Origin: Monocercomonoides exilis PA203 | Taxonomy: Eukaryota > Protista > Preaxostyla | Direction of reading: 5' to 3' | DNA length: 64,000 bases | Assembly (NCBI GenBank): GCA_001643675.2 | Contig: LSRY02000007.1 | Span: 1,240,001-1,304,000 of the forward strand | Shown: positions 1 to 15,000 of the stretch, one piece after another | Layout: each line of letters starts with the position of its first letter | How positions within the stretch are numbered: position 1 is the stretch's first letter | Made by a program: the position numbers and the translations under genes | The notes under the pieces: model-generated | Database searches by the model: none | What the model was told of the DNA's origin: nothing | What the model saw: the letters and a program-made list of their open reading frames with translations, nothing else

Positions 1-3000
1 CTTTTCCCTCTTCATTCCAACATTATCAAAATACTCATCTTCATCAAATACAGATGAATTGCTTAATGAATTTGTTGCTATATCATCATTTAAATCAAAA
101 ATTGAAATTATATCGCTGTCATCTGCATCACTTCCATTTCCTTCTCTTCTTCTTTGCTGCTCAACCAAATTCTGATTTCCTGGTTCCTCTTTCCTATCTG
201 CTTCACATTTCTTTCCAGAAAGCATCCGTTTTCGTTTTTTGATAAGTCTTAGTTTTTCTTCTTCGTTTTCTCTTCTCCATTTCTTTTTTATCAAACCTGC
301 GCCTCCTCTTTCTATTTCTTTTCTTGTTTTCAACTCCTTTGCAAGCTCTTTATCTGATATATTTTCGATATCAAACTCGTAATTATCTGATGAATCATTC
401 AGACTTTTTGAATCAGCCGCACCAAACTCATATTCATCCTTAGCTTTCCTCAATTCTTCGATTCTCTTTTTCAATCTGTTTCTTAAATTCTTTCGCTTTT
501 CTCGTCTTTTCTCATAAAATATTTCTCTCTTTCTCTTTATTGCCTCTTCTCTTATCCTTTCTTTTCTCTTTCTTTCCTTCAAGTCTTTCCTGCCTCGCTC
601 CATTGCAACTCTCCATTCCATTGGAAAGCGAAAAGAAGATAGTTGGCTCATGTTCAGAAGCACAGAAGAAGAAGGAGAAGGAAGAGGAATTCGAGAATTT
701 GACAAAGGATCATCAAGAATAGAATTTGAGGAAGATGATGAAGACGTAGATGAAGATGAGGATGAAACAGAAAAGAAACGAGAATTTGAAGAATAAGAAA
801 CTTGATTAACTGAAGGGTCAATAGAAATTGAAGAAAGCATTGAAAGCGAAGGATTGCTTGGAAGAGATGATGGAGAAATAAAGGAAATAGAGCGAGGCTT
901 TCTTTTTGACTGATAAGACGCAGGAAATGATGGGGCAAAGGAGAGTGCTGGCTGATAAATTGGCTGGAGAGGATCAAAAATGCAGATTCTGTTGTTATTC
1001 ACATAAAGTAACAGAGAAAAAGTGGATGCTAAACCAGAATAATTCAGAGGAATCGAAGAAGAAGAAGAAGAAGATGGACAAATTGAAAGATAATGAACAA
1101 GATTTTTGGATTTCATGCTTTTGCTTTGAGGCTGTGAAAAGCGAGTGAATCTGAAAAATGAATAGAAAACAGAATGACTTTGATCAGTTGATGACAAAGG
1201 GGATGAATCAGAAGAAAAAGCAGAAGAAGAGGAAGAAGAACTAGAAGAAGAAGGGGGATGTAATAAAAATGGATAAACAGAAGGAGGATATGAAGGAGAT
1301 TTATTTGATGCCAAGTTATCCAGCAGCAGACGAAGCGGTATCGAATGCAATGGACTGGAATTTTGCTTGGTTCGTAAGCTTCGTGGGAACAAAAACTGAG
1401 GAATTTGAATAAGGTTTGAAGAAGAAGATAAATAAGAGGTTGATAGAAGATGAGATAGAAGATGAAACGAACCATTCAAGTTGCTTTGAAGATGATCAAA
1501 CAAAGAAGAAGAAGATGATGATGATGAAGAATGAGTATTCAATGTTGATTGGTCATTGCGGACATTATCCAAATCATAAGTGTCGATTGGTTTTTTTGCA
1601 AATTCTTGCTCCTCCATTCGATCTCTGTTTGCTTCTGTTTGAGAATTATCTGATAAATAAGTTTCGTTTCTTGTTAGATCTTCATCTTGCTTACTGTCTT
1701 CTTTGCTATCAATATTTATTTTAATTTTTATCTTTTTGAAATCTTCAAATGTGTTCATTTTTTTCTCGTTTGCATCAACCTCATTTTCCAATGGAGAATG
1801 TTGCATGCTCTGTTCAATAGCTGCTTCAATTGAATCATCATCATCATCATCATTATCATAATTATCAAACAAATAGAGAAACAGTTTCACTGCGCTGTCA
1901 GATGAATGTAGCAATACATCAAAAGGAGAATCTTCACAGGAAGAAGAAAGACGAGGTTGTACAAGCTCATCAACAACAATACGAGATAAAGAAGAAGATG
2001 ATGAAACATTGATCTGTGGAGGTTGAAGAAAATGCTGATTGTGCGAAAAAATGGATGGGGAAAGAGAAGATGAAAGCAGCAAAAGACAAGTCGAAGTAGA
2101 AAACGGTAAAGGAATTGATGATGAACGCGACGATGAGTCAAGCGGAAAATGTGAATGATATTTTGTCCATTTAACAATTGAGTTCAAAGACTTTTCTGAT
2201 TTAATCAGATTATCACTGTCATCATCATCATCACAAAATTCCTCTTCAACCAAGTCACACGGCTTGCAAATTTCAGTTGAATTTCCTCCATCTCCAGATA
2301 TTCTGTTGATTGAATGTTGAAGTTCATTTTCTATTTCAGTGCTTCTTTTACTCTTCAAAAGAGGAGAGAACGAAGAATCCGGAGACAAAAGAGGAACGGC
2401 AATTGGAAACGAGGAAGAAAGCGGATTATGCTCTGAAGCAGAAGAAAAGATGGCAAAATCTTCATTTTTGTTATTCGATAAGGAAGCATCTTTTGGTGTG
2501 TTCTGCATAAGAACAAGCGAAGAAAGAGGATTTTGTGAGGGGAAAGCACAAGCATTTGAAGAAGTTGGATGGGAAGATAAAGTCAATTGTGATGGCTGAA
2601 TCTGAGAATTATGTTGTTGTTTATCTGCATTTGAGCTTCTTGGATTTGCAGTGAAATCAAAGTTATCAAACATTTCATTTGGAGAATAGAAAATTTGATC
2701 AAAGAAAGGATCGTCTATGAAAAGCAAAGAAGAAGAAGAAGGAGCAACAGAAGAAGAAGAAGAAGAGTACGAAGAAAACCCAGAATAAAAAGTGGAAGGA
2801 AAGGATGTTGATCCAGCAGGGAAAACTGAAAGATAATTTGACAAAGAAAACGAAGATGGAGGTGAAGAAGAAGAAGAAGAAGAAGAAGAAGAAGAAGAAG
2901 AAGAAGAAGAAGAAGAAGAATTCAATAATGATTGGTCCAACTGTCTTGCAGGATGAAGAGGAATTGCATAGAACTCATCTGCAACAGACAGTTCGCTCCA

Positions 3001-6000
3001 AGTTTCATCCTCTTTTTCGTTTCTAACCATTTCTCCGTTATTCAGTTCATAGTCAGATAATGAGTAGAAATTGTCCAAAAATTGAGAGCTTTTCTCGTCT
3101 TGTACAAGTTCAATTGCATCTGTGTTTGTAAAATCATCAGAAGTACAGTTGTTGACATATTCAGTATAATCTTCTTCATAACAAGCTTGCATTTCATTTT
3201 CACTGTCTGCCTCTTTCTTCTCTTGCTGTTGTTGTTGTTGCATTATGTTGCCAAATGTATCTTTGATATTTTCTATCTGCGCATAAAAATCTTCTTGCAA
3301 TTCTTCAGATTCCGCTTTTCCAATTACAGTTATAGAATGTTCTTCTTTTCCTTTTATTTCTTCTTTTTCATCCTTTATTGTCACTTCAGTTAATGAGATA
3401 TCTTTGATGTTATTGTCGTCATCAAAATAAGCCATATATTCATCATCGTAATCATCTTTTCCTTCTTCTTCTTCTATTCTTTCCTCTTCTTCTTTTCCTT
3501 CTTCTTCTTTATCATCATCATCTTCTTCGCTCATTCTATCAGCTGTGCATAAGACGAAGAGCGCAAATAGTGATGTTATATGCGATGGAATAAAGTCCCT
3601 TCCACAAACATGGTTGAAAGGCGAGAAGAAAAGTGGGAAAGACGAAGACGAAGAGAAAGAGGAAGACAATGATGAAGCTGAGGAAGAAGAAGCATTATAT
3701 TTCTGAGCATCATCAGAAGAGGGTGGAAGAGAAGAAGATAAATACGAAGAAAATAAATGTCTTGATACTCCTTTCTTTGCATATGCATCGCCAAAAGAAG
3801 AAAGAGTTGCCAAAATAGGAAACGGGGTTGAAACACACTCGTCAAAATACTTATTTAATACTTCGTTTGTTTCAGTTATCATCTGAATTTCTGATTCCGA
3901 GTCATCTTTCGGATTGAACAAAACATCTGTATCGTTTCCTTCATATTCAACAGACAAAGGCGATGGAGGAGGTGGTGGAAGCAATAAAGATTGGGATGAT
4001 GAAGATAAATAAGGAGGAGGAGGCGGTGGAGGAGGAAGATTTAAAAGCGATGGTGATGCATTATCAACAATTTGATGAATGTCATTCAAATCAGAAGAAG
4101 AAGAGGAGGAGAAGGAAGAGGAAATAACAGAAGAGTCTGATGATGATGAAGATGACGTCAATGAAATATTCTGTTGTGCTGAGGGCTCTAATGAATCATG
4201 TTGGATACTTTGCTGATCAGAAGGTTGTTTAGTATGTTGGAGCAGAATTTCATTAAGTGAGGCAATTGGGTGTGAATGCGTATGCAAATGAAGTAAATTT
4301 GGATAAGTTGGCAAAATTTGGTTAGAAACTCCTGTTTTTTCAAAAATTCTTGAATGATTCGAAAATGATGTGAGATGGGGAGAAGGAGGTTGAGGAGGAA
4401 GCGAAGAAATTGAAGTTGAAAGAGTTTCTTCTTTATTCTCATGAGTTGATGCATTTTGAACAAATGATGGAGACAAATCAACAAACCTCTGAGTCTTGGG
4501 GAATTGTGAAAAAGCAGACAAGGAAGAAGAAGAAGAAGAAGATGATGATAAGGATGATGTCGAAGTCGAAGCAGCAGCAATAATAGAAGAAGAGGAGAAA
4601 GAAGTAGAAGTAGAAGTAGTAGTAGTAGAAGAAGAAGATATTGAATCTGTTATTAATTCTGTAGTTGATGTCGAACGCGATGAATGAATTGTGATTGGTG
4701 CAGTTGCCTCAGTCACAAGCTCAATATGCAGATAACTCCCTTCACTTGCATCCAAATTATCGATTGGTTGAATGAAACTCAAGGGAGAAACAGAAGAAAC
4801 TGAATAAACAGGAGAAGGAGCTGATGACATTGGAAGAGAAAGAGAGCGAAGACGAGGAGCTGGTGGAGGAGACGGAAAATGAACAGAAGCAGCGTTTGAA
4901 TTAGCTGTATATTCAGAACATTCATTCAATGACTGTTCTTTTTGCTCCTCAAATTCATCCTTCTTCTCCTCCTTTTTCATCATCTTCTTTTTGTTTCTTC
5001 TTTCGTGTTTATGTTTCTTTTGCTTTGTCATTTTTTCAGCCTCTTTTTCAGCTGTTTGCTCTACGATATGCTTCATGTACTTCACTTTGGACATTCTTGA
5101 AGCCAATTCATCTTCAAACGAGTTTGCAAACATGTTTGGTGAAAAGAAAGGAGGAAGATAGTTCGAAAATCTGTTTGGAAGAGAGTTGTGATGTTCAGAT
5201 ACGGAAGAAGGAGAGGAAGAGGAAGAGGAAGAGGAAGAGGAAGAGGAAGAGGATGTGGATGAAGTTGAAGGAAAATATGAAGAAGAAGCAGAAGTCGAAG
5301 AAAACATTGAAGTGGAAGAAGAAGGATACAATCTGTTGTGTATTTTCAGCATCCAATTGATATAACCAGGAAGTGCTTCGAAGAAGGAAGCAGACGAATG
5401 GACAACAAGATTGAGAAGGTAGAAGTGGTAAATAAAAGGCAGGTGATTCGTAGAAAATGTTGAGAGAACAGAAGAGACTTCATGCAGAAAAGAGAACATG
5501 AAGTTTTGATTGAAGGATTTTTGTGATGAGTTTAAAGAAGTATATCTGTTATCATTGAACAGTTTTCTGTCTGCTTTCATGCCATTTTTGTGGCCAAATT
5601 GAATGCGCCACATCTTCTCAATGAAGCGAATCCAAAAAACGACAAGTTTTGTGGGGTTTAACTCATTTGCAGAATGAGAACGAGAAAAAGAAAAAGAAAA
5701 AGAGGAATTGGAAGCATAACATGAAGAAGGAGAAGAAGAGGCAGGGGACTGAAGAAGAGGAGGAGATGGGGTTGGAGAAGTCGATGAGTCGATATGAGAA
5801 TATGAGAAAGAAGGAGAAGGAGTAGTAGAAGAAGGAGGAGACTGAGACTGAGACGGAGACGGAGAAGGAGATAAAGAATCAGATGGAGATGTGGCTGGGA
5901 TTGGAAGAAATTGGGTATTTGATGAATGTGAAGAAGAAGAAACAGAAGAAGAATTATAATTCGAAGAAGAAGAAGAAGAAGAAGCATTTGCAGTTTCTGT

Positions 6001-9000
6001 TGTGAAGGCAGTTTTATGTGCAGTTGAAGATGCAAAAATAGGGGATGATACACGAAATGGAATGTCTTCGAATATTCCAGGCTTCAACAATGTCTTTCTT
6101 TCGTCCTCTTCCTCTTCTTCCTCTTCTTCTTTTGCTTTTTCTTCTGGCTTATTCCACTTTCGGTGACTTTTATGCACACTTCTTGTGAAATAGTTATAAT
6201 TCTTCTCTTTTTCACATTCCCTTTTATCACCTTCCTCTTCTTCACCTTCCTCTTCTTCAAATCTTTTTTCTTTTTCTTTCTCTTCTTCCATTGCGACAGA
6301 AGGAAAAGGTGGAAGAGACAAAAAATGGCAAATTGCTCTTAATCTGCGCAGTGCAAACATGGCAGATCCGAAAATAGCAAAAAGAGAGGAAAAGATGAAA
6401 GATGAGTGAAGATAAGGGAAGTGAAGAGGAGGAGGAGAGGAAGAACTGAATGAAGAAGAAGAAGAAGAAGAAGAAGGATAAGATGATGATGAAGATGATA
6501 AATAAGTATTCATAACAAATGGAACATTGTTAGGAGAAGAACAAAGTTGAAGATAAGTGCGAGAAATAAGCTGTTTTGTGAAGGAAGGAGGAAAAGGAGG
6601 AGGGCGAGGAGGAAACGACTCGACAAAAGGAAGAGAAGAAGGAAGAGAACAAGAACAAGAACAGGAACAGGAACAAGATTGCTTATCATGTGAACTATGT
6701 GAGGATTGCACAGAAAATGGGTTTTGTGTGAATGAGCTTGTCGGCGGAACAAATATGACTGAGGAAGAGAAAGGAAGTTTCGAGGAAAGCGAAGGAAGAG
6801 AAGTGGAGAAAGCAGAGGCGGATGCGAAAGATTTGTTGAATGTTGAATAAAGTGATGGGAAATTCGTATTTTGTGCTGAATAAAGATTTTCATTGTTATT
6901 TTCACTGTTATCAAAAGACTCTTTATTGAAAGTGCTTTTATTTTCATATATACATTCTTTGTTCTTGCTTTTCTGTTTAATTTTACTCTCATTTTTGTTC
7001 GAATCAGAATTTTCAGTATTTTTGACAAAGAAAAGCGAGTAAAAAGGATCAATTGTTGCGAAGATGGCTTTGATTCTATCAGAACTCAAAAGAGACGAAG
7101 GGATATAGAAAGGCAAAGAAGGCAGTTGTGCTTCTTCTGAATGAGGAGGCGAGACAATGGCTGGAGAAACAGAAGGAGAAGAAGAAGAAAAGGAAATAGA
7201 CTGAGAATATGACTGAGAAGTTGGCAAAATAGACGATGAAGGAGGGAAAATAGAAGATTGAGACGGATTCGAAAGAGAAAGTTGTTGGTAACGAATAGGA
7301 GAGGATGATGGAGAAACAGACACAAATGGAGAAAGAGAGGAAATTAAAGGCGGAGGAGAAGGAGAAGGAGAAGGAGAAAGAGAAGGAGAAGATGTTCGAG
7401 AAGATGAAGGAGAGTGAGAAGGAGATGTGAAAGAAACAAACTGATTAGAAACAGAAGAAGCAGCTGATAAATTCTTTGTTGAAGATAAAGACGAAGAAGA
7501 TGAAGAAAGAAGACGTGAAGTTGAAGACAAAGTTCGCAAATGTTTGCTGCTTTTTGAGAATAGCTTTGACTTTTGTGTATTTTGGAATTGCTTTAGTTTT
7601 TCAATTGATTGCATTTGAGTGGCAATCATTGAGAAAAGGATGTTTGGAAGAATAATATAGCTTGGTAATACAGAAGAAGTAGAGGAAGAGGAAGAGGAAG
7701 AGGAAGAAGCTGATGATGAATATGAGGATGATGAATAAGGTGAATTTGATATTGGACAATTAAAAGAAGTGTTATTTGATGAAGAATTAACTGTCAAATC
7801 TACTAAATGTTTTAGAGGATTTGAGAAAGCGGGAGGAAATGGAGAAGGAAGAGGAAGCGAATTAGGATAAAGAGACGAAAAATATTTCTCAAATGATTTA
7901 AGCTCAACAGAATTCTGTTGATTTTTGTGATCTTCCTCTGTTGCTTTCTCTTCATTCTTTCCAGTTTTATCCATTTGGCTTTTCTTTATCGTATCCATCT
8001 TCTCCTTCTCCTTCTTCTTTTGCTTTCTCTTTCTCCTTCTCTTCTCCTTTTCACTCAAAACATATCCCTTTGCAGCAAACCGCTTGAGCTTCTTTCTGAA
8101 TCCGCTTTCTTCTTCGAACAGACACCAATTAACTTCTTCATTCTCCACATCTTTGTAAAATGAGGAAAGATCAGAAGAATCTGATGAAGACAATGAACTT
8201 TTGCATTCTCCATCATTCTCTTCTCTTCTGCCTTCTTCGTAATCTTTCTCTTTCTCATTCAATTTCTTCATCATCTTTCTCCAAATGCTCGTCATTCCTC
8301 TATTTGCCTCCATCTTCAGTTGATACACTTCTTTCTTCCGTTCTCTTTCTCTGATCATCTTTCTCAGCTTCTTCTCTTCTCTCTCTCTTCTTCTTCTGTA
8401 CTTTACCACATTTAGCAACCTCACTATCTTTTCACTTAGAGACAGAATACGAAGCAGCATTATTCTTTCCTTTGGATCAACAAAGAGAGGAGGATAATTG
8501 AAAATGCCTGAAGGAGTTATTTTGGGGGCAAAAGGAATATCAGAAAGCAAAAAAGGCTGAAAATGCTGTCTATTTCTCGATGAAAGAAGATTGACGTAAT
8601 TTCTTGTCTTCACTTTGTTTGCTCTTTCAATCGCTTCGTTTTCCAGATGAAGCAAAGAAATGATGTTATTTTTGGTGTTTGATATTTCATTATCAATGCT
8701 GACTTTATCAGAAGATAAAGATGAAGAATTCTCTCTTAATGATCCAGGCACACGCAATGAATGAAGCTGCGTAATTGGAGCAAGTTCCAGTGATTCTGCA
8801 TTCAGAATGTGAGAGTGAAGATAAACAGGATTTAGACTGATTTCATCTGATGTGGAAGATGAAAACGGCTTTGAAGAAGGATTGTATCGTGATGTGCTTA
8901 AACTTCCATACCAACTTCTTGGTGGTGGCAATTCTTTTCCCATCTCCTCTTCCTCTCTTTCAAGCATCCTCAGTTCATCTTCATCGCTAACATCAATTCT

Positions 9001-12000
9001 CATTTTCTTTATCCACTCGTACAAAGTCCTCCACATCTTCATCATAATCTGCCTCTCCATTTCCAATTCTCTATCCAAAATCGACGTTTTTGGAAGGAAA
9101 TACCCTTCTCTTAGTGATTCCTCAATCTCTATTCTTCTTCCTTTTAACGTTTTTAAGACATCTTTTATCATTGCAGAAGGAATGTTTTGAGATGCTTTTA
9201 GAATTTTTGCGCTTTGCAAGGGAATAAAATGTGCAGGAATCCGAAAAACTGACTTGCCATTGGAAATAAACTCACCATAATAATCGCTGACAGTGAATGC
9301 AATCTTGTTAAAGTCAATGTTATTCACTTCAGTTGGTAAGCTACAAATGGAAGTATTTTTAGAGAGAGGAAGAATTTCACTTAAAATATTGCCACTTTCA
9401 ATTATTTTTATGTTCTCAGCATTATTGTTGTCATTGTTTCCACTGCCACCATTATTATCAATTCTTCTAATATTTCTTTTGTTTTTGTTACTAACTGGAG
9501 TTGTTCTGTCTTCTTCCTTGTTATCTTCAACTGAATCTGAATCAAAATCTGAATCTTCTTCAACATCACTCCATCCAATTTCTTCGTCTGTTTCATTCAT
9601 TTTGTCTTCTTTTTCCTCTTCCAATCTTTTATGTTCTATCACTCTGATATTCGAAAATTTCAGCATTTTTCTGCTTTCTCTCTGATTACTCGCATCTTCA
9701 AATAAATTGTCAGTAAATAACTGATTGTCATTTAATTGAGTACCATCAATATCATTTCCTTTTTCTCTATCTTCTCCTTCTCCTGTTTCTTTTCCTTCTT
9801 GTTTCACAAGAACCTCATTCTTTTTATCGTTTTCTGCAAGTAATGACTCACTTTCTCTTTCTGTATAAAGTATATTTTGCAGCAAAGCAGAATCTCTTCC
9901 GCTTCTTCCGCTTCGCGTTCTTCTCCATTTGGATGCAGAAGCAGTTGTTGATGGCGTTAAATTAGAAGACGTGGTAGTAGTAGTAGTAGAAGATGATGAA
10001 GATGAAACAGGAGTCTTAATGACAGAAGAGGTAAGAGGTGAATGATGATTCAATTGAGAAGTTTTGGTTATTAGATGAATTCTTGGTGGTGTTAAAAGAT
10101 TGAAATTTGATTGCAGTGTATGTGGTGATGCCTTTCCGTCACTAACATCTGCAACTTCTTCTTCTTCTTCTTCTGTTTCGTAATTGCTTTTGCCAGTTTT
10201 AGTTAACTTTTTGCAAATTTCTTCATTTCCTCCATCTTCTGATTCATTATTTTTTTCTTGTGTTGTTAAGGATTGCACTTGTGGTGATGAAATCGTTGGG
10301 AATTGCATCAAAACAGGAGGCATTGAGATTTGCAGAGAAGGAATAGCAAACTTCTGACTGAGTGGAGGTGTAGGCAAAGATATCTGTGAGCCAATGATTG
10401 AAGATCTAAATTGAACATCAAATGAAAAGGAAGATGTTGCAATTGGAGGAGGAGGTGGTGGAAGAGGAAGAGGGTGAAGAAAATGTCTGGAAAGATGCTT
10501 TGGTGGAGGTGGGGGTGCTGGAAGAGTCAACCGAAGAAGGTCTGATTTTTGTGAAGAGAAAGAACGAATAGATAAATGAGGAGGAGGGGGAAGAGCTGGT
10601 ACGAATTTCAAATCTGATAAAAATGACAGATTAATAAATTTTGTGAAATTTCCCTCTTTTGATTTTTTCTCCATCATCATCTCCTTTTTATTTTCGAATT
10701 TGTTTCCTTTTTTATTTTTCTTTGATGCATTTTTCAGTATCAGAATTGGATATCTGTTGACTGACTGAATGAAATGAGTGAATTGGGAAGAGAAGTCTGA
10801 CGAGGGAAGCATCAGAGCCATCCAATACTCATCAAGAGGAGAAAGGAGCGAGGCATAACGCTGGAGAATTAAGGGGGATCAAAATAATATATAGAAAAAT
10901 AAAAGAAAGAAAGAAAATAATGAAATACAGAAATAAAGATGCAGATTTACAAGAAAATTTTGAACGAAAAAGAAAAAGAAAAAGAATTACAAAATACTCC
11001 AAAAGAATTTTTGTTGCATACTTTTCTTCTATTCATTTCCCTCTTTTTGTCCATGAAAAGAATCGCCATCGGTGGAATTTTGCTAATCTTATTCATTTCT
11101 TCTTCTTTTTCTTCCTCTTCGCTCGCTTCTTTCTCTGCCTCATCTTCCGAAATTGGTTCACTGCTAATCCTTCTAAACTGCACATCAGTTGAATTCTGAT
11201 TGAAATTATCAATATTCTCTATGACCATATCATTTTCTCTGTTATTCACATCATTGTTCCTCTTTTTCCTCTTCTCCTTCTCCTTCTCCTTCTCCTTCTC
11301 CTCTTCCAATTCGTTGTTCAAATAAGCCATCTTCTTTGCCATTTTGTCAATCTCTTCATCTGGCTCTATTCCAAAGAACGACAAAAGCACATCTTTGACT
11401 GTTGGCGATCGTTTCATAATCCTCATATTTGAATGTTCCGAATTTTGATAATTATTCATTGACACTCCATTCTTTGCTGTTTCTTCCTTCTCCTTTGCAT
11501 TCCTCTCCTTTATCTTTCTTTCCTCGTTCTCCTTTCTTGCTTTCTCTTCTTCTTCGATCAAGCTTTCTTTGTCATCAGCATCATCGATTCCTTCACTGCT
11601 CATTGACAGAAAATTGACAAACGAGGCATGCAACGCGGAAAAGGCCAGATCAAAAGCAAGGGAAGAGGCAAAAGAGAGAACCACGCGATAGAAGGAGAGA
11701 GGAAGACGAGAAAAGGAAGAAGAAGAAGAAGAAGAAGAAGAAGAAGAGGAGGAGGAGGAACATGAAGGCGAAGCCTGGGAGCATTCAGATGATGAATAAT
11801 CAGATAAGTCAGGAGATTGTGATGAAAACTCTCTTGATTCAAAAATTTGTTCTCTCTTTTCGTCTCTTCTCTTGTTGTTTCTTCTTCCTCTTCCTCTTCT
11901 TCCTCTTCTTCCTTCTTTTCCACATCTGCTCCTGCTCCTGCTTTTTCTTCTTTCCCTCTTTTTTGATTGCTTCTTTCTCAGCCTCTCTTTTAACAGAATC

Positions 12001-15000
12001 TTTCTCGCTTTCATAACCAACTCCAATTCATCAATTAGAGCGTCTTCAATTGCCTGGAAAAGCGAAACAAAGCAGCAGAAGAAGAAGCCAAGCGAATTCT
12101 TCTTTGAAGCCAAATGCAGACAGAATGAGAGAAGAGAAGAGAACTGAGAGGAAACAGAAGAAGAAGGAGAATACGAAAAGGGATAGGAAGAAGGAACAGA
12201 TGGCAGTAAATAGGAGCTTGGAATAAGAGATGATGAATATGAAGAAGAAGAAGAAGAAGAAGAAGATGATGATGATGAAGGAATTTGAAGTTCATCTGGT
12301 TGATATTGACAAATATTCACTCCAAGTTCGCTTTTTCTTTTTCTATATTCATCAATTTCTCCTTTCTCTGCTCTATCTTCTCTTTCTTCTTCATCCTCTT
12401 CTCCTTCTTTCCCTTCTCTCAAAGGCAATCCCATTATTTTGTTTCCATCGTTGTTTGCATCTGTAATATCGTCCTCGCTGTCATCTTCACCATCTGTGAT
12501 GATGTGCTGAGCATCGTCTAATTCCAACGGACTAAAAGTGCTATATGCATTTTCGACTTCGTCGCTTGCACATTCTTCTTCTTCCAATTCTTCATCATCA
12601 TCAGCCATTTGTTCATTCGTGTTTCGCTTTCTTCTTTTTCTTCTGTTCCTTTTTATTTTGTTCTTTCCTTTATCTTCCATTTCTACCTCTCCTTCTCCTT
12701 CTCCTTCTCCTTCTCCTTCTCCTTCTCCTCCCTTATATCTCCTTCTTTCTTCTCCTTCTCCTTCTTCCTCCTCTCCATTTTTTTCGTCTTCTCCTTCTCC
12801 TTCACATTCTTCCTCATCCCTGTCTTTCTCTTCTTCGACCAGAGAGCTCTGTTCTGAGTCAAAAGATGGTAAAAGTGGGGTCAGTTGAGGAGAAGAGGAT
12901 TCAGCAGAGGGAGAAAAGGGGCATTCAGGTGAAGCACGAGGAAAAGAAGAGAAGAGGGAAGAGACTGAAAGAGAAGAGTGGAGAGAGAGAAGAGAAGAAG
13001 AAGGGCGTAGAACCATTCGAGAAGAAGATGAAGAGGATGACATAGAAGAAGAAGAAGAAGAAGATGATGATGATGATGACAGATGAAGAGAAGGTTGTGA
13101 GGGAGAAGGGAAAAGTGTCCGTGAAGCAACTGGAAGTGCTGGTGTGGACAAAGTTGTGGAAAGAGGAGCAGAAAGCTGGTGGTTGTGGCCGTGAAAGCGA
13201 TGAGGCTGCCGATAAGGGAAAAGACTTGATTGTCTGAAAGAAGGCAGAGGAAACGAAGGATTGGCTTCTGAAAGGGGAGAAAAGAAGTGTCGATCCAAAG
13301 AGCGCAGAGGAAAGCGTTGGTGTGCTCCATTCCTCCACTCCTTTTCTCTTCTTTCCTTTTCCTCTTGTTCTTCTTTTCTTCTTCTCTCATTTTCTCCTTC
13401 TTCCTCCTCATCCTCTTCTCTTTCTCTTCTCTTCTCTTCCTCAATTCTTGCTCCTTCACTTACAGAGTCTGGAATGAAATAAGCTCGAAATACTTTCCAC
13501 TCATCCAGAAGATAATTCATACAGTTTGAAAGCGACGAAGAAGAAGTGAAAGAGAAAGAGGACGAAAAGGAAGACAGACCAATCTCAGACTCTTTGAGGA
13601 TGTTCAAAAAGTTGTCGTCTTCGTCTTCATCTTCCCCCTTTTCCTCTTCGCTTTCTTCGAATTCTTCGTTTTCTGCTCCCTCACCCCCATCTCTGTTTCT
13701 TTCGTTCGCAGTATCATTCTGTTCGTTTCTTTTCTTTTTCCTCTTTCCCCTCTTATTTCTGCTGTGCTTATTCGAATCTTCTTCATTTCTCCCCTTCAGA
13801 ATCGCATCGACTTCTCCATCGCTCCCTTCGTAGCATTCGAAGGAGTCACTCACATTGTCTTCATCTTCCACGTAGAAATCGTCTTTCTCGTTGTGCTTGC
13901 TGTTTGTGAGGCTTTCTTCGTAATTCAGCTCTTTTTGCAGATAATCTGAAAGAAAGTGAACACATTTCATTACAGAATTTGTGCTTTTCATGATGTTTCC
14001 ATTTGATCTTTGATCAGTTGCTTCTTGTGGTTCAGATATGTCTTCGGTTCTTCTGTCAATTGAATCTTCCATTGCTACATATCCATTTTCTTTGTTTTGA
14101 TAATCTTCTTTTCTCTCTTCTTTTTGATCATTGACATCAGTTTTATTTTCTTCTTCAATATTCTTTCCTTCCCATCCACTCATTTCCTCCAGCCTCCTTT
14201 TCGCTTTCTTCACAGCCCTTTTTGAGTAATATCTACGTGCTGTGATTCTTTTTTGTTCCTTTCTCTTCTCTTCTTTGGTTCTGATGCTATCAAAATACTC
14301 AGCATTCTGCTGGACACGATAGAATGATATGCGATAAAGTGTGTTGTTCTGATCCAGTTTGGACAGAATTGAAGTAACAGCTCTGTCTATCTGATACCTG
14401 CTTTCCTTTGAAGAACATTTTGCTTTGAAATTCAAGTGTTTTCTGGAATCATTGTCTGACTGTGAAAAAGTACCGAAAGGAGAGGCAAAAATTGGTTCAT
14501 TGTCATTTGTTTCATCATTGTCTTCATCATCATCATCATCATCTTCTTCTTCTTCTTCAGCACCTTCTTCAACATCTTCGTGCCCATCACATTCAAAAGA
14601 GCTATATTCAGGTTTTCCATCCAATTCAGCAGATGATACATCTAAATACTGTTCTTTCATTGAGCTTTTCTGCAGTAAAGGAGATGCATCTTTGTTTTTC
14701 GTCAAAAAATCATTCACATTTTTCTGTTTATCTCCAAAAAATTTACGAATACGAACGATGCCTGTGATATGAGTGAAAGAAGAAGAATTAATCTCGTTTG
14801 ATGAGGAAATCAAAAAAGACGATGAAGTTTGGCCAGACATCAGTGACGATATATATGTCGATATTGCTTTAGAGTGATAACTGGCAGTTGACGCATTCAT
14901 AGAACGCACAGAAGATGATAAAAAAGACGACGGAACAAAAAAATGCAAAATGCGAGATCCGTTCGAAAGGCTGCTTGCGGAAAATACTAAAGAATCTTTC

